From Candidatus Iainarchaeum sp. (lineage in GTDB: Archaea; Iainarchaeota; Iainarchaeia; Iainarchaeales; JAFCCW01), in the NCBI GenBank assembly GCA_017609985.1, contig JAFCCW010000013.1, positions 25,520-89,519 of the forward strand: 64,000 nt of DNA. The letters are read 5' to 3'. The translations under genes were made by a program, and so were the position numbers. Under the pieces are notes generated by a model. It searched no databases. It had not been told where the DNA came from and worked only from the letters and a program-made list of their open reading frames with translations. Position 1 is the first letter of the stretch. Each line of letters starts with the position of its first letter. Below, piece by piece: positions 17,575 through 25,295 of the stretch.

Positions 17575-19776
17575 CTACTTCACCTTGAAGATTTTAACGC
17601 CCTTAAAACTGTAAACCTCTTCAAAATGCTTCATCATTTCTGGCTCGTGGAACCAGAGTTTTGCCATTGCTGACTCATTAGTATTCTTGGAGAGGAAGAA
17701 AATTTCAGAGTTGTCCTCTGCTCTGTAATACCACAGCAAGTCATTGTTCTGAGTAGTGGTTGGCATCTTCTGCCAGTCAGTTGAAATTGAAGACATCTGT
17801 CCGACAGGAATAGTGTTTGCTCCGCATCTGTAAGCTGTGTCGTTTTCTATCAGATTGCAGTAGAAATTTATTCCCCCATAAGGCAGGGTTGGAACACCAT
17901 AGTGCTGTACTATTCGTGGATCTTGTGAATTTGTTGTCCAGTAAGCCCAGTAAGCAAGAGAAACCTGTTTTTGAAAATTATCAGAGTCAATAAGGATATA
18001 GTCTGGTTTATATTTATCTACGATTGAAAACGCTTTGTTAATGTCTTTTGTAATAATGAATTCAGCCATTGCACTGGCAGCTTCCTGGTCAAGATTTCTG
18101 TTGTCAGTAAAAACTGGACGCTCCGCGAGGAATGAAATCCAGTGCCCTTCATCCCACCAGTTCATAATCGTTGAACCCTCTGGAGTACTTTCCTTAAGCC
18201 AGGCTGTTGCAGCCTTGTAATCCGGATTTGACTCAATCATTGGAACATGACCTTCAACAAAAATAGCTGAAGCAACAATTCCATTAATCATTAACAATCC
18301 AATAACTCCAAAAGCTCCTGCCTTGACAATAGTGTCCCCCTTGGAAGAGAAAAACATAGCCATTGCTGTAAGAAAAACTGCTGACAATAAGATGGAGAGC
18401 CATATGCCAACAGGCAAAGCAACAATAAACAATATGAGAGCAATTGCTCCGGACAAAATCATCTTGTTGTGCCTTGAAAGATTGTTAAGATAGTAACTCA
18501 TTTCTGCTACGACAAATCCTGCTGAAGCAGCAATCGGAAGACCAAAGGTAAACGTGAACTTTAGCTTGTACCAAGCCATGAAAAAAGTAATCAAAATCCA
18601 GAAAAACACTATTCCTGAAAGATGCTCTTTTGGTTCCCTGAACATTCTGAGCGGAATCAAGAGCAAAGCAATAATCGGCAAAGCAATCAATGCATTGTAT
18701 TTTCTTCCAAAGGATTCCTTTCCAGTGCTTTCCTCTCCAACGCTTGATTCAATTAGTCCAGAGCCCCTAAAATCGTTGACTGTGAGCAGGGTTCCAACAA
18801 ATGCGAGCAGAATCAAAAACATGAGTGCAAGGGAAACAAATGAAACCCATTTGCTGTTGTCCTTGCTTTCGTCTCCACCCATTACAAACATGATATAGGC
18901 AACTAATCCACCGAACAAGACAAGTCCGCCGAGCAACAGAAGACCAATTCCCTCAGGCATTACTCCAAGCACGTAGCTGATTGACCTGTTAATCCACTTT
19001 CCGCCGTCATTCACGGAAGCGATTAATGCAAATATTCCAAACGAGATTCCAAACAGTTTTGCAAGATTGAACAATTCCTGCTTGCTTCTCTTGTTGTAAA
19101 CATTAATCAAAGCAAACACGAGATAGCCGACTAAAACCATTGGGATTAATAGGAACATTTCCCAGGTCAAAGCCATTATTCCAAAGAATACTCCTGAGGC
19201 AACAGCATATCCTGCAGTTCTCTTGTTGAATTCTAGTTTTTTCAGGGACGCAGTCAAGAAACCAAGGCCTATTACCATCCAGAGAAACCCAAGAGAGTCC
19301 TCTTCAAAGAAACCAGACATTGTTCTGTAAACAAAGCTTGGAACAATTGCTGCAAAGAAAGCCATTGCAAAGCCAGCTCTCTTTCCATAAATATTTTTTC
19401 CGACAAAGTATAGTCCGACAGCAGTCAAGGCTCCATAAATTGCAGGCAAAAACTTTACATGCTGAATCCAGAGCTCTTTGCTGTAAGCTGCTCCAAGAGT
19501 TGTAATCGAGTAAACAAGTGCGTTAAAAATCCAAAAAAACTGTCCTTGGTCTGGCAGGTCTGATCCTCCAGACTGCCAGTAAGCCATAAAGTCCTTGTCC
19601 GGCACTGCCCCGGTCTTAATTACTTCTCCAACAATCTTGGTGTGAAAATAAGAATCAAATCCAAAAAGCAAGTCATATTTTGACATGTGAGCTCTGACAC
19701 CAAACGCCAGAACGAAAATCAGCAAGAGAATCAAGATTGTTTTCTTGTTTGCCTTAATCTTGTTAACCAAATCCAA
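17575..19776 (-). CDS. aglB: archaeal oligosaccharyltransferase AglB (STT3 family)
   Basis: 733 aa, with a multi-pass N-terminal domain and the WWDYG-type motif IMNWWDEGHWI. The track start is a TTG. The first in-frame ATG would remove TM1, so the TTG is plausible. Confidence 0.9.
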   Translation of the reverse strand: MDLVNKIKANKKTILILLLIFVLAFGVRAHMSKYDLLFGFDSYFHTKIVGEVIKTGAVPDKDFMAYWQSGGSDLPDQGQFFWIFNALVYSITTLGAAYSKELWIQHVKFLPAIYGALTAVGLYFVGKNIYGKRAGFAMAFFAAIVPSFVYRTMSGFFEEDSLGFLWMVIGLGFLTASLKKLEFNKRTAGYAVASGVFFGIMALTWEMFLLIPMVLVGYLVFALINVYNKRSKQELFNLAKLFGISFGIFALIASVNDGGKWINRSISYVLGVMPEGIGLLLLGGLVLFGGLVAYIMFVMGGDESKDNSKWVSFVSLALMFLILLAFVGTLLTVNDFRGSGLIESSVGEESTGKESFGRKYNALIALPIIALLLIPLRMFREPKEHLSGIVFFWILITFFMAWYKLKFTFTFGLPIAASAGFVVAEMSYYLNNLSRHNKMILSGAIALILFIVALPVGIWLSILLSAVFLTAMAMFFSSKGDTIVKAGAFGVIGLLMINGIVASAIFVEGHVPMIESNPDYKAATAWLKESTPEGSTIMNWWDEGHWISFLAERPVFTDNRNLDQEAASAMAEFIITKDINKAFSIVDKYKPDYILIDSDNFQKQVSLAYWAYWTTNSQDPRIVQHYGVPTLPYGGINFYCNLIENDTAYRCGANTIPVGQMSSISTDWQKMPTTTQNNDLLWYYRAEDNSEIFFLSKNTNESAMAKLWFHEPEMMKHFEEVYSFKGVKIFKVK

Positions 19777-19833
19777 AAAATCACCAAGCGTACAGAACCT
19801 AATAATTGGAACAATAAATTGTTTAAAAGGCTA

Positions 19834-19881
19834 TCTTGTAAATTAATTCACAAAAACTCTTGTAAATTAATTCACAAAAAC
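19834..19881. repeat. perfect 24-bp tandem duplication (tcttgtaaattaattcacaaaaac x2)
   Basis: Read directly: 19834-19857 is identical to 19858-19881. It lies in the divergent intergenic region between aglB and the membrane-protein gene at 19918. Confidence 0.95.
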
Positions 19882-19886
19882 ATTAC

Positions 19887-19900
19887 TTTTTTATATAAAA
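19887..19900 (+). promoter_or_regulatory. TATA-like box (ttttttatataaaa)
   Basis: Centred about 24 nt upstream of the ATG at 19918, consistent with a leaderless transcript. Confidence 0.4.
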
Positions 19901-19917
19901 AGATTATTTAAGTTATC

Positions 19918-20721
19918 ATGTTTGAGAGCTTTGGGCGAAGTTGGAATCTTATGAAACAGAGCTTTTCAGTTCTCAAGAAAGATAAAGAACTCATTGCTTT
20001 TCCTATTCTCTCCGGAGTCTTTGCAGCAATAGTTATTGTTTCTTTTTTGATTCCTATTTTTGTTGTTGAATCGCTTTTTGATTCTCCCATTATCTATGTT
20101 TTGCTCTTGCTCATGTACATTGTTTTGTACTTCTTTGTTGTATTTTTCAATGCAGCTCTTGTCGGAGCAGCAATGATTAGGATGGGCGGGCAGGACCCAA
20201 CACTGGGAGATGGTTTAAACATCGCGTTTTCAAACATCAAAAATATTTTTCTCTGGGCTGTTGTTGCAGGAACAGTCGGACTTGTCCTGCGTATGCTTGC
20301 AAGCCAAAGCAAGAAAAATTTCATCGCAAGCATATTGGTTTCAATTATTGGGGCTGCTTGGACTCTCTTAACTTACTTTGTTGTTCCGACAATTGTGGTT
20401 GAGGGAGTTGGTCCATTGAAGGCAATCAGGAAATCCAAGCAAATCATTTTTGAAAAATGGAGGGAAACAATCCTTGGAGGAATTGGATTTGGATGGATTC
20501 AGGCAATCTTCTCAATTATAGCAATCATCTTATTTTTTATAGTGTTTTTATTTCTCCCATTTTTAGCAATTCCGGCAGCAATTATTTTACTTCTTGCAGT
20601 TGTCTTTATAGGTCTTGTTTTTTCAGCTCTTGCGGGAGTGTTCTCTGCAGCAGTCTACTATGCATCTGTAACTGGAGAAAATCCTGATGGAATTGATCTT
20701 TCGGTTCTAAAGAAAAGCTGA
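19918..20721 (+). CDS. hypothetical polytopic membrane protein
   Basis: 267 aa. MFESFGRSWNLMKQSFSVLKKDKELIAFPILSG is followed by about 6 hydrophobic helices. Confidence 0.65.
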   Translation: MFESFGRSWNLMKQSFSVLKKDKELIAFPILSGVFAAIVIVSFLIPIFVVESLFDSPIIYVLLLLMYIVLYFFVVFFNAALVGAAMIRMGGQDPTLGDGLNIAFSNIKNIFLWAVVAGTVGLVLRMLASQSKKNFIASILVSIIGAAWTLLTYFVVPTIVVEGVGPLKAIRKSKQIIFEKWRETILGGIGFGWIQAIFSIIAIILFFIVFLFLPFLAIPAAIILLLAVVFIGLVFSALAGVFSAAVYYASVTGENPDGIDLSVLKKS

Positions 20722-20772
20722 TTATTAAAACAAGACTGATAACTTAAAGTAAAGTTTATTCACTTTATTTAC

Positions 20773-21336
20773 GTGGCTTCAGATGTTTTTTATCGGCAGA
20801 TAACTGCTAACGAAGTAAATGTGTCTCCTGAGTTGCGAGCAAAACTACTTGATTTAATGATTGAGTCATTCCTTGGCTGGAACTATTCTTCTGCGGGGGA
20901 AGAAGAGATTGCAAAGCAAAAAGAAAAGCTTAGCCAATCTTATCAGGCCATGGCAAAGAAAAGATTGGATGCTTTACTTCACACAAACTCTATTTTTGTG
21001 GCAGAGCGAAACAATCAAGTAATTGGCTTTGCAGGGCTGACAAATATTGGTTCAGAGGACAAACCATTTTTTCAGCTTGCAGAAATTGCCTTTGAGAAAG
21101 GTGAAAGATTTCCAAGGAGGGCAGACGGAAAGATAATTGTGGCACACAAGTCTCCTATGTCAAGAGTAAACTTTATGCGTTGGCTAAGAAATTATGCTTT
21201 TGAACGAGGCGGTTACTTTGCCTTCAATTCAGGCAGAAGACATGACTTGTTTGGAACAGGATCTAATGCAAGAAAGTCTGTTACAATAGTTCACGATTCT
21301 GCTGACTATAGGTACAAAACAACAAAAAGGAAATAA
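20773..21336 (+). CDS. hypothetical protein, GNAT-acetyltransferase-like (paralog 1)
   Basis: 187 aa with a GTG start. It shares FYRQIT/FREIT, IFVAERNNQVIGFAGL/LFVLEVGGKIAGFASL and FMRWLRNYA/FVEHLRNYA blocks with the ORF at 21398. Confidence 0.45.
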   Translation: MASDVFYRQITANEVNVSPELRAKLLDLMIESFLGWNYSSAGEEEIAKQKEKLSQSYQAMAKKRLDALLHTNSIFVAERNNQVIGFAGLTNIGSEDKPFFQLAEIAFEKGERFPRRADGKIIVAHKSPMSRVNFMRWLRNYAFERGGYFAFNSGRRHDLFGTGSNARKSVTIVHDSADYRYKTTKRK

Positions 21337-21397
21337 CAAAGAGAAAATCCTAAAGAAAAATAACAATAATTAATAATTTTAAAGTAGTTTTATTTAC

Positions 21398-21883
21398 GTG
21401 AAATCAAAAGTTTCTTTTAGAGAAATAACTTCTGAGGAAGCACTTGGAATCTATTTTGAAGAAATGGCAAGGCTTTACAAGATTTCTGTGTCTGGTTATG
21501 GGGCAAAAGAGCATCTTGGTCCTGAACCCCTGAAAAAGCTCGCATCTTTAAATCCAGAAGAATTGCGTTCTCGCATGCGAAAAAGTTTTGAAGGAAGAAA
21601 ACTTTTTGTTCTTGAAGTGGGTGGAAAGATAGCTGGTTTTGCATCTTTGTCTTTGCATGAGGGAATCACGGGAAAAAGATTTTGGATTAGTCATGTTGCT
21701 GCTCTGCCCTTTGTCAGAAAAGGCAAGACTCTTGCAATGACTAGGTTCGTAGAACATTTGCGAAATTATGCTCATTCTCAGGAAGCAAGTTTTGAATATG
21801 GTAGACCCTTAAGACAAGAATTTTCTCACAAGCCCAAGCCAAAAAAACCAGAAAGAAAAAAAACCAAAATAATCTTGGTTTAA
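21398..21883 (+). CDS. hypothetical protein, GNAT-acetyltransferase-like (paralog 2)
   Basis: 161 aa with a GTG start. VAALPFVRKGKTLAMTRFVEHLRNYA resembles GNAT motif A. It has a basic C-terminal tail. Confidence 0.45.
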   Translation: MKSKVSFREITSEEALGIYFEEMARLYKISVSGYGAKEHLGPEPLKKLASLNPEELRSRMRKSFEGRKLFVLEVGGKIAGFASLSLHEGITGKRFWISHVAALPFVRKGKTLAMTRFVEHLRNYAHSQEASFEYGRPLRQEFSHKPKPKKPERKKTKIILV

Positions 21884-21906
21884 AAAAGATTTTTGAAAGA
21901 GAAAAA

Positions 21907-21971
21907 AAGCTATTAGCACGCCGTTACGCCCGGCGTGTGCGTAACCTATACTCCTTTCAGTTGTATAGCTT
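21907..21971 (-). ncRNA. candidate structured small RNA / 3'-trailer element, copy A
   Basis: G+C-rich 65 nt in an AT-rich context, bracketed on the minus strand by the T8 after 5S and a T7 run. Possible stems are AAGCTAT/ATAGCTT, CTATAC/GTATAG and GTTACGC/GCGTAAC or CACGCCG/CGGCGTG. It shares the 12-mer ACTGAAAGGAGT (21950-21961) with the element at 38174-38246. Confidence 0.4.
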
Positions 21972-21981
21972 TGAGTAAGAT

Positions 21982-21989
21982 AAAAAAAA
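21982..21989 (-). terminator. oligo-T (T8) terminator after 5S rRNA
   Basis: A run of 8 A on the plus strand (T8 on the 5S strand) lies immediately 3' of 5S helix I. Confidence 0.5.
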
Positions 21990-22108
21990 GCGATTAGCAG
22001 CTTCTGGTAGGCTACACGTAAAACGCACTGCCAAGCCAATCCCTACAGGGCTTAACTTCCGGGTTCGGAATGGGACCGGGTGTTTCCCCTGCGGTATGAC
22101 CGCTAATC
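21990..22108 (-). rRNA. rrf: 5S ribosomal RNA (not linked to 16S/23S in this window)
   Basis: The reverse complement reads GATTAGCGGTCATACCGCAGGGGAAACACCCGGTCCCATTCCGAACCCGGAAGTTAAGCCC...GCTGCTAATCGC. It contains the universal CCGAACCCGGAAGTTAAG block. The terminal helix GATTAGC/GCTAATC closes the molecule, giving about 119 nt. Confidence 0.9.
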
Positions 22109-22130
22109 AGTACTAATTAGCACAGGGAGA

Positions 22131-22140
22131 GTTTAAAAAG
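22131..22140 (-). promoter_or_regulatory. TATA box (CTTTTTAAAC on the minus strand) for 5S rRNA
   Basis: Centred about 27 nt upstream of the predicted 5S 5' end at 22108, which is the canonical archaeal TATA-to-TSS spacing. Confidence 0.45.
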
Positions 22141-22279
22141 CTTGCTGTTCAGCTTTAGAAAAACGAAGGAGCTGTCCCAAACAGGTCATTTATAAGTTTC
22201 AATAATGCAATTACAACAATTGCAAATATTACCCCCTAAAAACATTTTTTTCCATGTTTATCCTATCATTTGTTAAAAA

Positions 22280-22897
22280 TCACTTCTTCTTGCCTGTTTT
22301 TGCAGCAACTTTTTTCTTTGCAGTCTTCTTTGCTTTTGTTTTTTTCTTTTTCTTCTGCTTTGGAGCTGTCTTTTTGATTAGCTCTGCTGCCTTTTTCAGT
22401 CCCTTTCTCAATAAGTCTTCTCTCTTTGCACCTGCGCAAATCATTTTTCCGTTCTTGAACAAGAGCAGGGTAAGCTTTGGGTCTGCTATTCTCAGGATTG
22501 CTCCTGGAAACTGTTCTGGCTCATACTCTACGTTGTCTAAGCTGAGTGCTGTCTGAAATAAGTCAAGTGTCATGTTAAGGTTTGCTGTTGCAACAAGATT
22601 CACTACGTTGTAGGAAACTTTTCTCTGCACTTTAACATCGGGTTGGATGTCGTGAATCAGCTTGCTTGCTTTTCTAATTCCTTGTTCTATTTCTTTTTCA
22701 CTGCTTGCTCCGGAACAGATTACTTTTCCGTTCTTGAACAACAGCATTGAAACCTTTGGTTCCTTTAATTTCAGAATTGCTCCTGGAAACTGCTCTGGTT
22801 CATATTCGATGGTTGGAATAGTAATAGCCAGATTATACAAATCAAGAGTAGCTTTTAAGTCAGCTGACGCAACTAGATTAACAATAGTATACTTCAT
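22280..22897 (-). CDS. tbp: TATA-box binding protein with polybasic C-terminal tail
   Basis: Two TBP repeats (VNLVASADLKATLDL...EYEPEQFPGAILKL and VNLVATANLNMTLDL...EYEPEQFPGAILRI). The start is placed at MKYTIVNLV, preceded by GGGGGT; the track start is 22939. The tail is KKTAPKQKKKKKTKAKKTAKKKVAAKTGKKK. Confidence 0.9.
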   Translation of the reverse strand: MKYTIVNLVASADLKATLDLYNLAITIPTIEYEPEQFPGAILKLKEPKVSMLLFKNGKVICSGASSEKEIEQGIRKASKLIHDIQPDVKVQRKVSYNVVNLVATANLNMTLDLFQTALSLDNVEYEPEQFPGAILRIADPKLTLLLFKNGKMICAGAKREDLLRKGLKKAAELIKKTAPKQKKKKKTKAKKTAKKKVAAKTGKKK

Positions 22898-23037
22898 AAC
22901 ATACCCCCTGTTTAAAAAGTGCTTTATAAATGATTTCACTTAAAAAGGTTTAAAAAGGGGCTGGTATTATAAGAGTTTTTAGCGATTTAAGCAATAATTC
23001 TGTGAGTCACATTAATTAACTTTTCTTTGCATTATTT

Positions 23038-23172
23038 GTGCATGTCTTTGTCAAAAAACAGATTGTGGGAGTAGCTGTTTTGCTAGCACTTGCGCTGCTT
23101 TATGTGCCTATTCCCTTCATCTCGGGAAAGTCAATTGCTTCGATTTTATTGCTTGCAATAGCAATATATTAG
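23038..23172 (+). CDS. possible 44-aa membrane peptide
   Basis: Below the track length cutoff. GTG start; VHVFVKKQIVGVAVLLALALLYVPIPFISGKSIASILLLAIAIY-stop. It has two hydrophobic segments but no other support. Confidence 0.25.
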   Translation: MHVFVKKQIVGVAVLLALALLYVPIPFISGKSIASILLLAIAIY

Positions 23173-23259
23173 CTGGCAATTGCTTAGCTAAATCCATTTA
23201 AAAACCTTTCCTAATCCAATCATATTGTTCTAAATTAAACTAGCCGTAAGGGTGTAAAA

Positions 23260-23535
23260 ATGACTAACAAGAAAGCAAAAGGAATTACTAGAAAGGGTCC
23301 AAAGGCGACTATCAACAAAATTTTACAGGAATTTCATGAAGGCGACAAGATTCTCATAAAGATTGATTCTGGAGAACAGGGCGGAATGCCTGATCCAAGA
23401 TATCATGGCTTTACAGGAATTGTCACAGGTCATCAGGGAAAGGTTGTAAAAATTGGGCTTAAAAATGGCGGGCTTGAAAAAGAGCTTTTAGTTAACCCTA
23501 TTCATTTAAAGCAAGCGCAAAAGGAGGCTGCATAA
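23260..23535 (+). CDS. rpl21e: 50S ribosomal protein L21e
   Basis: 91 aa. GDKILIKIDSGEQGGMPDPRYHGFTGIV is typical of L21e. It is the first gene of the conserved L21e-Rpo4-DUF655-KsgA cluster. Confidence 0.9.
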   Translation: MTNKKAKGITRKGPKATINKILQEFHEGDKILIKIDSGEQGGMPDPRYHGFTGIVTGHQGKVVKIGLKNGGLEKELLVNPIHLKQAQKEAA

Positions 23536-23536
23536 A

Positions 23537-23878
23537 ATGATTGGAGAAAAAGTCATTGAAAGTAAGCCGGTTTCGCTTTACGAAGTAAAGCAAACTCTTT
23601 CTGAGAGAAAAAAAGACAAAGAGCTCACTTACGAGCAAGATATCACACTAAAGTACGCTAAACAGTTTTCAAAGCTTACAAAAGCAAAATATGAAAAACT
23701 GTTGAAGGAACTTGATGCAGTAGAGGGTCTTGACAAAGAACTAAAAGTTAAGTTGCTTGACATTGTTCCAGTTTCAAGAGAACAAGTAAAAGTACTGGTT
23801 CCAAAAAACGTGGAACTCAGCGAAGAGTTAACTTCACAGCTTGCAGAAATCTGTGCAAAATATGCTCCAAAAAAATAG
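23537..23878 (+). CDS. rpoF: DNA-directed RNA polymerase subunit Rpo4 (RpoF)
   Basis: 113 aa starting MIGEKVIE...YEVKQTL, helical. Its position after L21e matches the conserved archaeal cluster. Confidence 0.7.
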   Translation: MIGEKVIESKPVSLYEVKQTLSERKKDKELTYEQDITLKYAKQFSKLTKAKYEKLLKELDAVEGLDKELKVKLLDIVPVSREQVKVLVPKNVELSEELTSQLAEICAKYAPKK

Positions 23879-23886
23879 GTGATATC

Positions 23887-24441
23887 ATGCCAAATGAAGA
23901 AAACGCTTTAGTACTCGATTACTTACAGCATGGAAAGTCAACAGGCTACAAAGTTGAAATTATTGCACAGGTTATGGGCACTCAACACTTTACTCTCTTA
24001 GAGGTTGTTCCAAAAGAGCAATTGAAGATAATGGATTCTGTTTATGTTGGAAAGGATGAGCGAGACAAAATTGATTTTATTAAACGAAGAATTACCTATA
24101 AGGATTTGTCAAACACAGCTGTAGCAGAGCTTGATTCAGCAATTGAAAAAGTTGTAAAAGACGACGAAGAAAAGTTTGTAGAATTCTTTAATGAAGCTGG
24201 AGCAATCAGCATTAGACAGCATTCTCTTGAACTATTGCCTGGGCTTGGAAAAAAGCACATGCAGGAAATTCTAAACGAGAGAGAAAAAACTCCTTTCAAA
24301 TCCTACAAAGATATTGAAGACAGAGTAAAACTAATGCCTGACCCAGTCAAGATTCTAGTGAAAAGAGTAAAGGAAGAACTTGAGGAAACAAACAAGTATT
24401 TTCTTTTTACCCGACCTCCTGCAAAAAAAAGGCAGTTTTAG
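23887..24441 (+). CDS. DUF655-family RNA-binding protein
   Basis: N-terminal ENALVLDYLQHGKS and a C-terminal helix-hairpin-helix-like LPGLGKKHMQEILNER. Conserved neighbour of rpoF and ksgA. Confidence 0.7.
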   Translation: MPNEENALVLDYLQHGKSTGYKVEIIAQVMGTQHFTLLEVVPKEQLKIMDSVYVGKDERDKIDFIKRRITYKDLSNTAVAELDSAIEKVVKDDEEKFVEFFNEAGAISIRQHSLELLPGLGKKHMQEILNEREKTPFKSYKDIEDRVKLMPDPVKILVKRVKEELEETNKYFLFTRPPAKKRQF

Positions 24442-24452
24442 AGCTGTTTTTT

Positions 24453-25274
24453 ATGGCACTTTTTGAAGAACTAAATACTCTGATGGTAAAGCACAGGTTT
24501 CGCCCAAACAGAAAAATGGGACAAAATTTCATAGTTAACGAAGACATTGTCAAAGACTTGATTAATCTTGCAGACCTCAAGAAGTCGGACACAGTTCTTG
24601 AAATTGGAGCAGGAACTGGTTTTCTCACAAGAGAAATTCAGAAAAACTCCAAGACAATTGCAGTAGAGCTTGACAAAACCCTTTTCGAACTTCTTCAAAA
24701 AGAGCTTCCAAAAAAGAATCTGAAACTAGTGAATGAAAATTTTCTAAAAGCACAGCTTCCCAAATACAACAAGATTGTTTCTCTCCCCCCCTACACAATT
24801 TCTTCAAAACTTATTCAGAAAGTTCTTGAAACCGGTTTTGAAAAAGCAGTGCTTGTTCTTCAGCGAGAATTTGCAGAAAAGCTTGTTGCAGAATCAGGTT
24901 TTCTAGAATACAATTATCTTTCAGTTCTCACTCAATACTATTCCACTCCTGAAATTGTAAAAAATGTTTCCCCAGATTCTTTTTTTCCAATTCCAAATTC
25001 TCTTTCCTCAATTGTTGTGCTGAATTATGGAAAAAGATTTGGAGTGGCAAAAGATGAAGTAAAGTTTAGGAATTTTTTAAAGTCTGTTTTCAGATACCAG
25101 AACAAAAATCTTTCAAACTCGCTAAAATGTGCTTTTCCTTTCATAAAAAAAGAAGTTGGTCTCAAAAAAACTGAATTCAATGAAAAAATTTCTTTGCTTG
25201 ACTTAAACGAATTCAAAACAAACCTTGTTTTTCCAGAAGAATTTGTAAAAGTTTTTAATTCACTTTATGTTTAG
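24453..25274 (+). CDS. rsmA: 16S rRNA (adenine-N6,N6)-dimethyltransferase RsmA/KsgA
   Basis: GQNFIVNEDIV, VLEIGAGTGFLT and SLPPYTISS motifs. Confidence 0.85.
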   Translation: MALFEELNTLMVKHRFRPNRKMGQNFIVNEDIVKDLINLADLKKSDTVLEIGAGTGFLTREIQKNSKTIAVELDKTLFELLQKELPKKNLKLVNENFLKAQLPKYNKIVSLPPYTISSKLIQKVLETGFEKAVLVLQREFAEKLVAESGFLEYNYLSVLTQYYSTPEIVKNVSPDSFFPIPNSLSSIVVLNYGKRFGVAKDEVKFRNFLKSVFRYQNKNLSNSLKCAFPFIKKEVGLKKTEFNEKISLLDLNEFKTNLVFPEEFVKVFNSLYV

Positions 25275-25295
25275 AATTTATGCTATGTTTAGTGT

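Noticed and set aside
21907-21971. Possibility that the G+C-rich element after 5S is a tRNA (7-bp closing stem AAGCTAT/ATAGCTT).
   Set aside because: It is only ~65 nt. It has no GTTC(R)A T-loop, no 5-bp/7-nt anticodon arm that fits, and no CCA or discriminator context. I could not draw a cloverleaf.
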